NCBI RefSeq assembly: GCF_963921235.1
Contig: NC_086097.1
Location: 62,684,001-62,748,000 of the forward strand
DNA: 64,000 bases
Direction: 5' to 3'
Origin: Mobula hypostoma
Taxonomy: Eukaryota
The translations under genes were made by a program, and so were the position numbers. Under the pieces are notes generated by a model. That model searched no databases and had not been told where the DNA came from. It saw only the letters and a program-made list of their open reading frames with translations. Of this stretch, positions 36,301 through 51,010 are shown piece by piece (position 1 is the stretch's first letter; every line of letters starts with the position of its first letter).

Positions 36301-38544
36301 AAGGATCAATGCTGAGTCCTTTGTTATTTGTGATATATCTCAATAACCGAATGGAGATTGGCAGGCTTGTGAATCACAACAAGACTGGTGGAAATGTGGA
36401 CAGTGTAAAGGACTGTCAAAGATACATATCAACTACAGCTATGGGAAGAGAAGTGGCGGAAGGAGTTTAAACTGGTCAAATGAGAGGTAATGAACTTTAT
36501 GAAGTCAAATGAAAGGAGAACGTGCACAGCGTCCTGTAGAGCCTCTCATAGATCTGAAGTACAGAGAGATCATAGAGTGCAAGTCCATAGTTCACTAGGA
36601 GTGGCTACATGTGGATGTGGTAAATAAGTCATATGTCACACTTGCTTTTATTGGTAGGGGTACTGAGTACAAGAGGAAGGAAGTCATGCTGCTGCTTTAT
36701 AAAATTTTAGCCAGATTTGGAGTATTGTGTGCTGTTCGGGTCGCCACATTACAGGAAGGATATCCAGACTGTGAAGAGTGTGCAGAAGAAGTTTACCAGG
36801 ATACTGCCTGGATTAGAGGGTATGAGCTATAAGAGAAGCTTGGACAAACTTGTGTTATTCTTCCTAGAATATTGGAGGCTGAGGGGATACCTCATATATA
36901 TATAACATATATACACAGAAAAACATATATACATAGAATAGGTAGTCAGAATCTTTTTCCCAGTGTGAAATTTCTAACATCAAAGTACATGCTTTTAAGG
37001 CTAGATGGGAGAAGTTTAAAGACAATGTGAGGGGCAAGATTTTAACACAAAGAGAGTTAGGTACCTGGAATGTGTTACAAGGGGCACGAGTGGAAGCAGA
37101 CAGTTTGATAATGATAACAGGCTTTTAGATTGGCATGTGAATATGAGGAACAGAGGGATGTGAATGATACTCAGGAGAAGGGCATTTAGTAGAAATTAAC
37201 ATCAAAATTGGTGCAACGTAAATTGGAGACATAACGTAAAGATTTTTACTCATGCATGTAAGAAATAAAGTTAATTCAACTTCATGGGCCAAATGGCTGT
37301 CTAGTGCAGTACCTTTCTATATTTTACAGAATTTTTAAATAGAAATACTGTATAGAAAAAGCCATCCAATGACTTAACATGAAATTTGGGTCATCTCACT
37401 GAAGCATTATTGTTGCATTTATATTATGGGCTCATTTTTCACCTAATTCAGTCACCAGTTTTCAATCTGCATCATGTCCCAAAATAAGCTGTGGTAGGAA
37501 TGCAAAAACTGTCTGCGATTTTCTTCATTTCTCTCTGAAATTGACTGTTGCTCAAATGCAGTTAAACACAGAAATTCAGAAGCTGGAGTCAAAGATGCCC
37601 TGCTCCTCGATAAGGTCCACCATTGCAGTCTTTTCAAAAGTATAGAGTTACTCATTTGCGATTACCTTACATTTTTAATATACAGTTCCTACTATCACAC
37701 TGTTATCCCTTTTTGGATAGGGGCAATATTATATAGGCAGATATACTCACTCCTAGTCTGAAAAAAATGTCATACTAAATGCAATTAACAAACAAGGAAG
37801 ATCTGAACCTAAAAAAGACTATTATTTGTGACACTCATGTAATTTAGAACACTGAAAGAAATCTACTGATGCCTTTTTTCCCCAAAAGCTTAAATCATTT
37901 TTAACTGTTCCTGTATTTTTTATTTAAATCAGTCTATTTTTTAGTCTACTTTACATATGAACAAGTGTGAAAACAGTATTTCTCTATGTAAAATGATGCA
38001 GTTAATGCTCATGACAAATCAGGGAATAGTAAGAGATGTAAATGTTGTTATAATGTTGCAAATGACAGGGAAATGTCATCGTTAAAATCAATCAATCAAA
38101 GGAATAAATTAGATTCTCTTGGGATATGACTTCATCCTCTCTTTTTAATGTTCCTGTAACAAAGTTGCAAAACATGATTATTATTTAATAACAAGTTTTC
38201 ATATACTTTCTGAAAAATTGCAGTGTCAATTAAAAAATATCTGTGTCACAGTAGCACCGAGACACCTCTAGCACACAGCGGGGATGCTCTACCAACTCGC
38301 AACCTGTTTCCTTGCAGTAAACTGATCTAGTCTAATATTTTTGTGTGTTTAAAAATGAGTAGCCATCCTTTTTAGTGACATTGGCATCAACAAAAAAAGC
38401 TTGCATTCATTGCCCATTCCTGCAATGCCTTTCAGAATGCTACCATCTTGAACAAGTACAATCTTTCTGATGATGATATTTTCACAATGAAGTTAGATGA
38501 GGGAGAGAGTGTGAAGGATTTAGGCCTAATAAAATGATAGGAAG

Positions 38545-38855
38545 ATGCACATCACAGTGGTGCAAGTAGAGCTTCAGAGATCCAGGTGTAATCCTGATAT
38601 CCGGTGCTGTGTGTGTGAAGCTTACACATTTTGTCCTTTTCTATGCGGGGTTCCTCCCACATCCTAAAAATGTGTTGGTTGGTAAGACAATGGCCGCACC
38701 ATTGTGTCGATATTTTCTGTAGTCATGGAGTTGCTGGTGGGTATGTAGAGAGAATAAAATAAGATAGAATGGAATTAACGTTCCGCTGATGCTTTATGAT
38801 TGTTGTGAATTTGGTGAGTCATGGGTCCAGTTTCCATACTGTTTTTCTCTCTCTG
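38545..38855 (+). mobile_element. HE1-like SINE, decayed
   Basis: tRNA-like head, GGGGTTCCTCCCACATCCTAAA V-domain, CR1-like tail. Confidence 0.6.
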
Positions 38856-39149
38856 TGACTCTGTGATCCATTCCCAGTCCAGGGCAATGTGTTACTTGGA
38901 GGGAACCTGCAAAAGGTAATGTTCCCATCCCCCTTGCTACCCTTAATGGCAAAAGCTATGCACTTGTGATGTAGCAAGGCAAGCGATGGCCCTGCATTTA
39001 GTTGATCACAACAAAACACAGGACCCTTACTTGCCTATGTGCATCCCAAGCCCATGACTGATGCACATGTGGGAAGGGAATGAACGTTAGTGTAGTCAGT
39101 CAGGTGCCAATCAAGGCAACTACATTGTTTTGGATATGTTTGATGTTCT

Positions 39150-40337
39150 TACATTTTATACTTTATACTATATTGTCGCCAAACAATTGGTACTAGAACG
39201 TACAATCATCACAGCAACACTTGATTCTGTGCTTCACACTCCCTGGATTACAAATATTAAATATTAAAGATATTAAAAAGTTAAAATTAGTAAATATTAA
39301 AAATTTAAATTATAAATCATAAATAGAAAATAGAAAAATGGGAAGTAAGGTAGTGCAAAAAAACCGAGAGTCAGGTCCAGATATTTGGAGGGTACGGCCC
39401 AGATCCAGGTCAGGATCTGTTCAGCAGTTGAAAAGAAGTTGTTCCCAAATCTGGCCGTACGAGTCTTCTAGCTACTGAACCTTCTCCCGGAGGGAAGAGG
39501 GACGAAAAGTGTGTTGGCTGGGTGGGTCGTGTCCTTGATTATCCTGGCAGCACTGCTCTGACAGCTTGCAGTGTAAAGTGAGTCCACGGACGGAAGATTG
39601 GTTGGTGTGATGTGCTGCGCCATGTTCACGATCTTCTGCAGCTTCTTTTGGTCTTGGAGAGGACAACTTCCATACCAGGTTGTGATGCACCCTAGAAGAA
39701 TGCTTTCTACAGTGCATCTATAAAAATTAGTGAGGGTTTTAGGGGACAGGCCAAATTTCTTTAGTTTTCTCAGGAAGTAAAGGCGCTGGTAGGTCTTCTT
39801 GGCAGTGAACTCTGCTTGGTTGGACCAAGTCAGGTCATTTGTGATATTAACCCCAAGGAACTTAAAGCTTTTGACCTGTTCCACTTGCGCACCACCGATG
39901 TAAATTGGGTTGTGCGGTCCGCTACTCCTTCTAAAGTCAACAACCAATTCCTTCGTCTTGCTGACGTTGAGGGATAGGTTATTGTCTTCACACCATGCCA
40001 CCAGGTTCTTAATTTCCTCTCTGTACTCAAACTCATCATTACCCGAGATACGGCCTACAATTGTTGTGTCATCAACAAACTTGTATATTGAGTTTGACGG
40101 AAACTTGGCTACACAATCATGGGTGTACAGTGAGCACAGCAGGGGGCTGAGTACACAGCCTTGTGGGGCACCGGTGCTCAGTGATTGTAGAGGAGAGCTT
40201 GTCCCCTATTTTTACAGCCTGGGTCCTGTCTGTGAGGAAGTTGAAGATCCAGCTGCAGATCTGAGTACTAAGGCCCAGGTTCTGGAGCTTAGGAATCAGT
40301 TTATTTGGAACGATGGTATTAAAGGCAGAGCTGTAGT
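39150..40337 (-). mobile_element. Rex1 LINE RT and 3' end
   Basis: [36 protein letters not shown]. Confidence 0.93.
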
Positions 40338-40923
40338 GAATTTGTTAGTGTTACACTAATCTAAGCAAGTGAAGAGTATCTCATTGCATAGGTGTTTCAG
40401 AGTTGAGTCACCCACCTCTGGATTTCCAACCTCTGACCTGTCCTTTTGGCTGTGCTTATGTGGCTATTGCAACTGAGTTCCCAGTTGTGGTGACCTCTGG
40501 GATGTTTATGGAGAGTTGATCTCTTTTTGGAGATGGCTTTAATCTGGCCTTTTGGTTGTGTGAGTGTTATTTTCCACTTGTAACCTCATGCTGAACATTG
40601 TCAAGCCCTTGCTACATGAAGGCATGGTGTATTTGTGAGTGGAACTGACATTGCCATCATCAGCTTCTGACCTTACGACATACTGTATATGAGTGCAAGT
40701 GTACATCTAAGAACTGAGTATACGAAATGAAATGGCTTTTGATTCATCCTACCAGCCAGCACTGTTGACTGCCTTTCACAGAGGGTGTTTTGTTGGTGAG
40801 TCTATTTTTGTTACTTGCCTTAGTCAGCAGCAATACTATAGAAACTAATGATACTACATGATAGAAGAGGTCATTGATGAAGCAGCTCAAGGTGTTTTGG
40901 TCCAGGATATTGCCCTGCAGAGC

Positions 40924-42440
40924 TCATAGTCATGGTCATATTTTATTGATCCTGGGGGAAATTGGTTTTTGTTACAGTTGCACCATAAATAATAAATAGT
41001 AATAAACCATAAATAGTTAAATAGTAAAAAGTAAATTATGCCAGGAAATAAGTCCAGGACCAGCCTGTTGGCTCAGGGTGTCTGACCCTCCAAGGGAGGA
41101 GTTGTAAAGTTTGATGGCCACAGGTAGGAATGACTTTCTATGACGCTGTGTTGCATCTCGGTGGAATGAGTCTCTGGCTGAATGTACTCCCGTGTCCACC
41201 CATTACGTAGTGGATGGGAGACATTATTCAAGATGGCATGCAACTTGGACAGCATGCTCTTTTCAGACACAACCGTCAGAGAGTCCAGTTCCATCCCCAC
41301 AACATCACTGGCCTTACGAATGAGTTTGTTGATTCTGTTGGTGTCTGCTACCCTCAGCCTGCTGCCCCAGCACACAACAGCAAACATGATAGCGCTGGCC
41401 ACCACAGACTCGTAGAACATCCTCAGTATCATCCAGCAGATGTTAAAGGACCTCAGTCTCCTCAGGAAATAGAGATGGCTCTGACCCTTCTTGTAGTCAG
41501 CCTCAGTGTCCTTTGACCAGTCCAGTTTATTGTCAACTCGTATCCCTAGGTATTTATAATCCTCCACCATGTCCACACTGATCCCCTGCATGGAAACAGG
41601 GGTCGCCGGTACCTTAGCTCTCCTCAGGTCTACCACCAGCTCCTTAGTCTTTTTCACATTAAGCTACAGTTAATTCTGCTCACACCATGCAACAAAGTTT
41701 CCTACCATAGCCCTGTACTCAGCCTCATCTGCCTTGCTGATGCATCCAACTATGGCAGAGTCATCAGAAAACAAGACTTAGTGCAGTAGTTGAAGTCCGA
41801 GGTGTAAAAGCGAAGAGAAAGGGAGGCAAGACAGTCCCCTGTGGAGCCCCAGTGCTGCTGATCACTCTGTCGGACACAGTGTTGCAAGCACACGTACTGT
41901 GGTCTGCCAGTCAGGTAATCAAGAATCCATGACACCAGGGAAGCATCCACCTGCATCGCTGTCAGCTTCTCCCCCAGCAGAGCAGGGCGGATAGTGTTGA
42001 ATGCACTGGAGAAGTCAAAAAACATGACCCGTCACAGTGCTCGCTGGCTTGTCCTGGTGGGCGTAGACACGGTTCAGCAGGTAGACGACGGCATCCTCAA
42101 CTCCTAGTCAGAGCTGGTAGATGAACTGGAGGGGATCTAAGTGTGGCCTGACCATAGGCAGAAGCAGGTCCAGAACAAGTCTCTCCAGGGTCTTCATGAT
42201 ATGGGAGGTCAAAGCCACCGGTCTGTAGTCATTGAGGCCGCTGGGGCGCGGCGTCTTCGGCACAGGGATGAGGCAGGACATCTTCCACAGTACAGGAACC
42301 CTCCGGAGCCTCAGGCTCAGATTGAATACATGGCGAAGTACTCTACATAGCTGAGGGGCACAGGCTTTGAGCACCCTGGTACTGACACCATCCGGTCCTG
42401 CAGCCTTGCTTGGGTTGAGACGTTTCAGCTGTCTTCTCAC
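40924..42440 (-). mobile_element. Rex1 LINE, same subfamily as 29028-29965
   Basis: [32 protein letters not shown]; highly similar DNA to 29028-29965. Confidence 0.93.
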
Positions 42441-42832
42441 ATGTAGTGATGTCCTGGGACTTGGTTCAGTAACCACCTATGACCATTACTATCTTTCATT
42501 GTGTAAGATATGACCAACCACTAACGTTTTCCCTATGATGCCCACTGGCTTCAGAATGACCAGGGTTTCATAATGCCACATTCAGTCAAATGGTGCCTTA
42601 ATGTCAAGGACAATAACATTCAACCCACCTAGTGTTATTCTATTCTCAGATCTACGTTTGGACAAAGGCTGTGATGAGATCTAGAGCTGAGTGATCCTAG
42701 CAAAGCTCAGTGGGCTGCTATAAACACCCCTTTGATGTTCAATGTTTTAGGATCAGCTTCTTCCTCACTGCCTCTCTGAATGGACAATGAACTAACCCAT
42801 GAACACTACCTTACTATGTTTTTGCTTTCTTT

Positions 42833-43688
42833 TCAAATGGTTCCATTTATTATCAGAAATGTATACAGTATTCAACCTGAAATACTTGTTTTCGTAGATG
42901 TCCATGACAAACAGAACTCCAAAAGAATGAATGACAGAAAAATGTCAGAACCCCAAAGCCCCTCTCCCTCATGCAGGCAGCAGCAAACATCAATGCATCA
43001 ACCTCTCCCCTTCCCCTCCCACCTGTTTCAGCAAAAACATCAGTGCCCACCACCAACCAAGCAAAAGCAGAGCACCCAGAGAGAGGCCATGATCTGCAGT
43101 CAACAAAAACTGCTGTTTACCTGGCAGTTCGTACACACTCACACACTCACACACTCAGAAAAAAAGGGCTGAGAGATACCACTCATTTCACAACAAAAGC
43201 AGAAACAGTCGCTGTTTCGGTGCTGCAGTCTACTGTGCTGCTTTTTTATTCCGAGATTCCTGACTCGAGAATCGGCAGCACACTGTCCCCTCCATCAAGA
43301 GAAAGAGAGAGAGAATACAACTGCTCATCTGCAGAGACCTCTATCCATACAGCCGCCACAGCAAAATCCTGATGTTCCTTCCCCCGCGACGCCTCAGCCA
43401 GCAACACCTGCCTGGAATCAGTTGTCCACAGGCTCACACATGCCGCATCCCAGAGGCACCATCTTCCAAGCCATGCCTGGAAAATGTTGGAATATGGTCG
43501 GCCGATGAGCTTCAGGAACAGGAACTCATCTGAGGCAAGAAAACTGTAGTTTGAGTGCCACTTGCAGATCAGGACCTCGATAAACCCTAATCACCTTTAA
43601 AAGGGAAAAAAAATGAAACATTGAAGAGAGGAATTTGAGCTGTTTCTGCAGATGAATTTGAAGAGCCAGCCACTTGGTGCCCGTCTAA
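42833..43688 (-). mobile_element. Non-coding retroposon with a Rex1-like 3' tail
   Basis: Tail resembles the Rex1 3' UTR at 51030-51130; no coding remnant seen. Confidence 0.45.
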
Positions 43689-44578
43689 TGAATATTCTTT
43701 TTATATTGTATATGGCTTTTTGCTCTTATTTAAATTAATTCCTCTATATTATTGTACTTTATAGTATTTTGTTACTGTAACTGCTGTAAATTATCAAATT
43801 TCATGACATATAGCAATGATATTAAACCTGATTCTGATGATTAAGTGAACTGTTAAAAGCAGCTTCCATTCCTTTGCTGATTTATGAAAGTAGGTAACTA
43901 GCCAAAACAATTGTTCTGCTGGCGCAGTTTACCATGGATACTAATGTTTCAATGTACTGGCAAGAGGCACAGAATTCCCTGCATTGCAGGTCTCCAGTAT
44001 TGCATCTGGGATGTGTCCAGTCCCACCACCTTTGCTGCATTCAGCACACAGCTGGTTTTTGATATCGTGTGGAATGAATCAACTTGTTGAAGACTGGTGT
44101 CTGTGATGGGGGGATTCTCAGGAGGAAATCGAGACAGATGAACATGACCATCCATTCTATACCACTGACTCAACAAGGTTGCCATTGCTTCGTGTTTCTG
44201 GTGCTCACGTACCAGACCAGGTCACGTCATTAGGTGAGGATGACTCTGTACTGAACTTAGTGCCTCCCCCACCTCCCGATATCTGCTTATTTTTCATCAC
44301 TATTTGTGAATTGATATGGCAATATTATAATGCTTTAATCTGATCATTTGTGTGAGAGTGCTTGCTGTGTCTAATGAAAACTGTTTTTGCTGTTTAGTAT
44401 TGCTGATTGATCAAGCTGGAATCTCACTTCCAAGTCTGTTTTTGAACACAAATGACCATTGCTGAATTATGTAGTTCTCTCATCTATGGATTAGAGATTT
44501 TGGGTAACTTTGAGAGGCATGAACGAGAAAAAAACAATGATGGTGTTTAAATCTAATTTTGAGGGAATGGGCTATAGC

Positions 44579-44650
44579 AGGAGTTCCTAACCTGGGAACC
44601 ACTGACCCCTTGCTTAATGGTATTGGTCCACGGCATAAAAAGATTGGGAG
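44579..44650. mobile_element. hAT-like MITE remnant
   Basis: CAGGAGTTCCTAACCT ... AGATTGGGA partial inverted ends. Confidence 0.5.
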
Positions 44651-44724
44651 GAGAGAGTGACTTCATGATAAAGCAATAAACAAAGCAGAGGTCTACTTTC
44701 TCAGATGTAAAGTATCACCTTGTA

Positions 44725-45625
44725 TTCTATGCATGGTTTGAAAGGGAAAATAAAACTGCACCTGTGCGGATCCCTGCAGCTTCCCATGACCCTGTGATCT
44801 CTGTCTCAGAGGCCGAGGACAGAACATCTGTCAAGGCATCAGGCTTTGATAGTGTATCTGGAGGGGCTCTGAAAAACTGTGCCAACCAACAGGCGGGAGT
44901 GTTCAAGGACATTTTCACTGCTGCAGTCAGAGGTTCCCACCTGCTTCAGAAGGGTGACAATCACACCAATGCCCAAGAGCAGGGTAAGCAACTTCAACAA
45001 CTATTGCCCAGTGGCACTCACATCTAATGTGATGTAGTGCTTTGAGAGGTTGATCATGGCTAGAATCAACTCCTGCCTGTGCAAGGACCTGGACGCACTG
45101 CAATTTGCCAATCGCGACAATAGGTCCATAGCAGATGTAATCTCTCTGGTTCTCCAGTCGGCCTTGGATCACCTGGACCATAGCAATACTTATGCCAAGC
45201 TGCTGTTTATTGAGTGCAGCTCAGCATACAGCAGAATCATACCTTCAGTTCTGATCAACCAGCTCCAAAACCTGGGCCTCTGTGCCTCCCTCTGCAACTG
45301 GATCCTTGAATTCCTCACTGGGAGATCACAGTCTGAGTACATTGGAAAAAGCATCTCCTCCTCGCTGACAATCAACACTGGCATATCTCAGCAATGTGCA
45401 CTTAGCCTACTGCTCTACCCTCTCTACACCCACAATTGTGCTGCTAGGCACAACTCAAATGCCACCACTAAATAATCCAATGACAGAACTCCTGTTGGCA
45501 TAATTTCAGCTGGTGTTGAGGAGGCGTGCAGGAGCGAGACAGATCAGCTGGTTGAGTGGTGTCACAGCAGCAATGTTGCACTCATCAGTAAGACCAAGAC
45601 ATTGATTGTGGACTTCAGGAAGGGA
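44725..45625 (+). mobile_element. Rex1 LINE RT fragment, decayed
   Basis: LDALQFA, LLFIECSSAY, LCNWILEFLTGR. Confidence 0.88.
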
Positions 45626-45689
45626 TCTTCTCAAACTCACTGGAGCTCTTGTCTCCATCAGTCAGGAGTCACTGAGGAACATCCTCCTC

Positions 45690-46690
45690 ATGGAAATATG
45701 TCACCATTTTGCCTCCTGACAGCACGTGGCATGACACGCATCAGCAAGTCCACAGCAGCACCAATCTCGGCGAAGATTGGTATCAAACATGGCTGCATTA
45801 TTATCTTGACACATCTCTTAATCTTTCCCACTGCAATATTGGTCCTTTCCTCCAGGAAGTATCATGCAAAAGTGAAGCCAATCTTGAAAACAAGTGTAAA
45901 ATTGCTCAACATGCAGTGATGGCATTCCAGAGCCAAGACCACTCAAATCTCTGAAGGGGAGTTGCAGCTTGCAGACAACCTTGGATTGCATGTGCTTGGA
46001 GGGTGAAATTCAAATTGTCACTGACTCATTGACAGACACCAAAGGATGAGGCAACATCCACAAATCAAAGTTACTGTCCTAATCTGTCTCCGAAGTTCTA
46101 GACTGCCCTCTTGCATTAAAAGGTTCATAGCAACACAGACCACTTTCTATTTCTCTGAAACCACCTCCCTGAGAAGGCAAGACATGGAATTCTACATTAT
46201 GTTCAGTGCACCAGAGCAGCTTTTAGTCAATTAAGGAAAAAGATTTTTGAAGATCAACATCCTGAACATTGAAATGCTAGGTACACTCAGTCGGCAGCTT
46301 TGAGAAGGCTATGTTGTTCATATGTCTGATATCAGACTTCAGAAGTAAATACTTTAATCTGAGCACTGTCATGGGACGATGTTACCAAGTAAGAAGTAGA
46401 AAAGATTCAAGGATATGTTTAAAGCCACTTTTATAAAGACCCAGCATCCCCAGTGACTTTTGGGAATCCCTGGCCATGCAGTTTAAACTGTGTAAGCAAC
46501 TTTCAGGATGGCATTGAAAACCTCAGTTCTGTGACTTGGAAGGGAAAAGATGCACGATACCTCAGAAACTACCCACCCAATCACTCAGGCATCTCTTAAC
46601 CCTTCTGCCTATCTATGCAAGAGTCTGCATTTTCCAGGCTGAGCTTGTCAACAGCGTCAGAAACCTCACAAGAAGTGTAAAAGTAGGTTA
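45690..46690 (+). mobile_element. RTE-clade LINE remnant
   Basis: IGIKHGCII resembles the RTE GVKQGCV motif; WESLA near 46460. Confidence 0.55.
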
Positions 46691-49130
46691 TCCTCGAGCA
46701 CAAAGAGGGGGAGGAGAAGGAAGAAGAAGAATTAGAAGATGAAGAATAGGAAAGAAGACTGGGGGTAAGAGAAGAAATATGTGTATATAAGCAACGCCTT
46801 TCATCTCCTTCACAAGGAATCACAAAGCATTTCATGGTAATTAAGAACTTCTGAGATACATTTGTAGTACAGTAAGCACAGCATCAATTCAGCATCATCC
46901 TTCAAGCAGTGATCTGATCATGTAATAGTAACCTGCCTTAGTCAACATCTGAGTGAAAATATGTGTGTTTTCTGCTGTTTATCCTTTAAATCTAGAACAA
47001 TTACTTTTCACAAACTTAATTTATTTTATCAGTGGAAAAGGTCAGAGAGCTAGGAATCTTTTGCTGAGTGCCTTTTGTAAATTAGTTTAAGTTGAGAGGG
47101 AAGATTGTTTTATTAATAGGCCTGGCTTTGATGTCATGCCAAAACATTCTCATCTGCGGATATTACTTGTAACTAACTCCACCCAAGCTCCTCCAAAGTT
47201 TGCCATTGATTTATTTAAAGCTGTATGATATAATTGTATGGAGATGTTAATGTGGGGGAAAAATGATCACCAGCAGGTGGTATTGCTTCCCCTAACTCCA
47301 GTGAGCCAATTCAATCCTAAACTTGGGGGTTCTTTGTCTGGAGTTTGCAAGTTGTTCCTGTAAATGTTTTGGTGTTTAGATTCCCTATCACATCAGAAAG
47401 ATTTACTGGTAGATTAAGTGACTGCTGTTAATTACCCCTTCGTGTACATAAAAGGCAAAACAAAATAAAAGGCTTGTTAGGGATTGTTAGGCATGTGACA
47501 TTCTTCAGGAATTATGGAGGTGGCAGCCAGTTAATACAAGTGAGTACCAATCTTTATTCCAGGACAAGGATAACTTCTAGAATAAGCACCATTGTCTGCT
47601 GAGGAAACCATTTGTCAACAGAGTGGTAAAAGAAAGCTGCTTTGAATGTCTGGGTTCCCAACAATGATGTTTTAAATTGCAGATATTCTTGCCAATTGAA
47701 ATGTATTCCCACTGTAAGCATGCAATTCTATAGTACCACTTCCCTAACTCTGAATATTGAAGTGAACTGAAAAATTGTAACTTCTCAAACTTAATGTAAT
47801 CAGCTGGTGTTATCTTTGTACCCGAAGGATATTTAACTTTGATCTACTTTGAGATTGCTCAGATAGAAGCTCGAGAACAACTTTTGCTGTGCTGAATAAA
47901 AAACTTTTACAGCTATAGATCTGGTCTCCTTGGGTTCATTCATTGGCATGTGAGTGAGAATACACAGTTGGGACTCAAAGGGGTAATGATTCTGATGGAT
48001 TTATTCTGCTGTGAACTAGCATGCATCTGATAGGCAGATTAGCCTCCTTTGCACTTAAAATAAAAGTGTAAGGTAGAAAGACAGGAAAATCTGAGCAGGG
48101 AAATCCAAAGCATAAAATTAGGGCACAGAAGATAGAATGAAATGACTGGAAATCTATAGGACTTCTATCCCTAGAAATGCATCTCTGGTTACTGCTGGAC
48201 ACATTATGTATTCACATCAATGCTTTGTATTATGAGGTAGAGTGGCTATAGTATCTCATCAGTTTAGCTAAATTGATTATTTGCAAACTTTACTCCCTTG
48301 TGATCAAATATAAAGACAAATTAGTATATGGGAAATTCGTTAATGTTCCAACCTATAACTAAATAACCTGTGAGCTATTTACCTAAGATAATTACATTCT
48401 TCAGGAAATTTTAAGATGTTCTTAGCATCATAATGAAGTTTTGCAGCCAAGATTACAAAACAGCAAGTCTTGCAAAACTTAGCTTTGCAACTATAATCAT
48501 TTTGCATTCAAAAGAAATAATGGTCAATATGAATTTAGGAAGTGAATATATGAGATGAACTTTAAGTAAAGATAACACTGAGACATTTTCTGACATATGT
48601 CAATTGACATGGAAGTGTACATATTAAATGAAATAGGATCAGATTTCTTCATGATTCTAGAACTTTAATGAGGAAAAAGTAGAACAATGAAAAATAAATT
48701 GTCATTGCATGCAAGATTCACTCTGCTTTTGATAAGCTACATTATTCCTGCTGAATATTTTTGCATGTGATTGACACGTCAAATTTGAAATTTCTTCCTG
48801 GAACCACTCAAACTGGTAGACAAGCACAAAATCTGCTCTACTTTCAGCATTCACATTTAAACCAACACAGTTGACAAAGAATGGCAATTTCTAAACATCT
48901 AACCAAATTATGTATTTAACCCAATTCATGGATGAATTCTGACAAATATTTTATTTAGTGGAGGTTTTGGGGTTGTTAGAAGGAGTGGGAACAGAAGTCT
49001 GTGATCACCATGGCTAGGGGAAAGGAACTAGGAGAGCTAATAGCACCAAAGCTTGACAAGCCCCCTGGCCCTGATTATTTGTGTGTTTTAGTCTTGAAAG
49101 ACTTAAGGGACAAGAGTTTTCCTCCTTCTT

Positions 49131-49245
49131 AGACAATAGGTGCAGGAGTAGGCCATTCGGCCCTTCGAGCCAGCACCGCCATTCACTGTGATCATGGCTG
49201 ATCATCCACAATCAGTATCCAGTTTCTGCCTTATCCCCATAACCT
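49131..49245 (-). mobile_element. CR1 LINE 3' tail
   Basis: Reverse complement ...GCTCGAAGGGCCGAATGGCCTACTCCTGCACCTATTGTCT. Confidence 0.85.
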
Positions 49246-51010
49246 TCTTCTCTCCATTTCCATTCCCATTCTGGCTCCACTCTTACTCTTTCTCTTCTCC
49301 TCAGCTACCTGTCACCCTAAACTGGTGCCTCTCCTCCTACCCTTTCTCCCATGGTTCACTCTCCTCTCCCATCATCCCACTCTGACCTCCATGCTTCTCG
49401 CTTCATCCTCCCTCTCCCATCCATGTACCTGCTTCTTCACCTGCCTTCACCTATCACCTTCCATTTTATACTCCTTCCACTTACTCACCTTTTTATTCTG
49501 GCTTCTTCTCCCTTACTGTACATTCCCAAACCAAAAGTCATGGATGAACAAGGAGGTATGACATCTGCTGAAGGCTACATCTGTGGCATTTAAGTCTGAC
49601 GACCCAGGTCTGTACCAGAAAACCAGGTGTGATTTGCAGAGGGCTAGTTCAAGGACAAAGACAATTTCAAACAAGGTTGGAGGCGACATTGGATGTACGA
49701 CAACTCTGGCAGGGTTTGCAAGATATTACTTTCCTACAAAGCAAAACCCAATAGCATGAATAGCAGCGATGTTCAACTACCAGATGAACTCAACGCCTTC
49801 TATGCTCACTTTGAAAGGGAGAATATAACTACAGCTGTGAAGATCCCTGCTGCACCTGATGACCATGTGATCTCCATCTCAGAAGCTGACGTTAGACTGT
49901 CTTTAAAGAGAACGAACCTTCATAAGGCCCAAGCTCCCGATGGAGTACCTGGTAAGGATCTGAAAACCTGTGCCAACCAACTAGCGGGAGTATTCAAGGA
50001 CATTATCAAACTCTCACCGCTATGGGTGGAAGTTCCCACTTGCTTCAAAAAGGCAGCAACTATACCAGTGCCTAAGAAGAATAATGTGAGCTGAGCTTAA
50101 AGACTATCGCCCAGTAGCACTCACACCTGCAGTGATGAAATGCTTTGAGAGGTTAGTCAGGACTAGACTGAACTCCCGCCTCAGCAAGGACCTGGACCCA
50201 TTGCAATTTACCTATTGCCACAATAGGTCAACAGTAGATGCAATCTTGTTGGTTCTTCACATAGCTTTCGACCATCTGGACAATACAAACACCTATGTCA
50301 GGATGCTGTTCATTGACTATAGCTCAGCACTAACACCATCATTCCTACAATCCTGATTGAGAAGTTACAGAACCTGGTCCTCTGTACCTCCCCCTGCAAT
50401 TGGATCCTTGACTTCTTAACAAGACCATAAACTGTGCAGATTGGTGATAGTATCTCCTCCTTGCTGATGATCAGTGCTGGTGTAGCTCAGGGGTGTGTGC
50501 TTAGCCCACGGCTCTACTCTCTCTCTACACAGAGCATGCTCTTTTCTCGCTGTTACCATCAGGTAGGAGGTACAGAAGCCTGAAGGCACACACTCGGTGA
50601 CTCAGGAACAGCTTCTTCCCCTCTGCCATCTGATTCCTAAATGAACATAGAACCCTTGGACACTACCTCACTTTTTAATATATATTATTTCTGTTTTTGC
50701 ACAATTTTTTAATCTATTCGATATAGCTATACTGTAATCGATTTACATATTATTATTACTATTATTATTATTTATGTGTTCTTCTTCTACATTATGTATT
50801 GCATTGAATTGCTGCTGCGGTTAACAAATTTCACGATACATGCAGGTGATAATAAACCTGATTCTGATTTTGATTCTTACTTTCCAATCCTGACAAAGGG
50901 TCTTGGCCTGAAACATCTACTCTTTATTCCCTTCCATAGATGATGCATCAATGGCATTTTGTGTGTGTGCTACTTTGGATTTCCAGAATCTGCAGAATTT
51001 CTTGTGTTTA
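49246..51010 (+). mobile_element. Old Neptune-type fragment (49246-49517 and 50876-51010) split by Rex1
   Basis: Pyrimidine-rich tract, then decayed hammerhead CTGACAA...GAAA at about 50890-50913. Confidence 0.7.
49518..50875 (+). mobile_element. Rex1 LINE, internally deleted
   Basis: [33 protein letters not shown]-type tail; TSD CTTACT. Confidence 0.9.

Larger units (their letters stand above)
26910..37325 (+). mobile_element. Decayed CR1 LINE ORF2 split by a Gypsy element (26910-28153 and 36006-37325)
   Basis: IPEDWRVANIVCLFKKGNEDNPSNYRLV, PQGSMLSPLLFVIY, EYCVLFGSPHYRKD, CR1 tail. Confidence 0.9.
38860..44430 (-). mobile_element. Very old CR1/L2-group LINE broken into pieces by Rex1 insertions
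   Basis: Fragments near 38860-39150, 40340-40680, 42445-42720 and 43840-44430; LNAAKVVGLD-type RT N-terminal relic. Confidence 0.45.
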
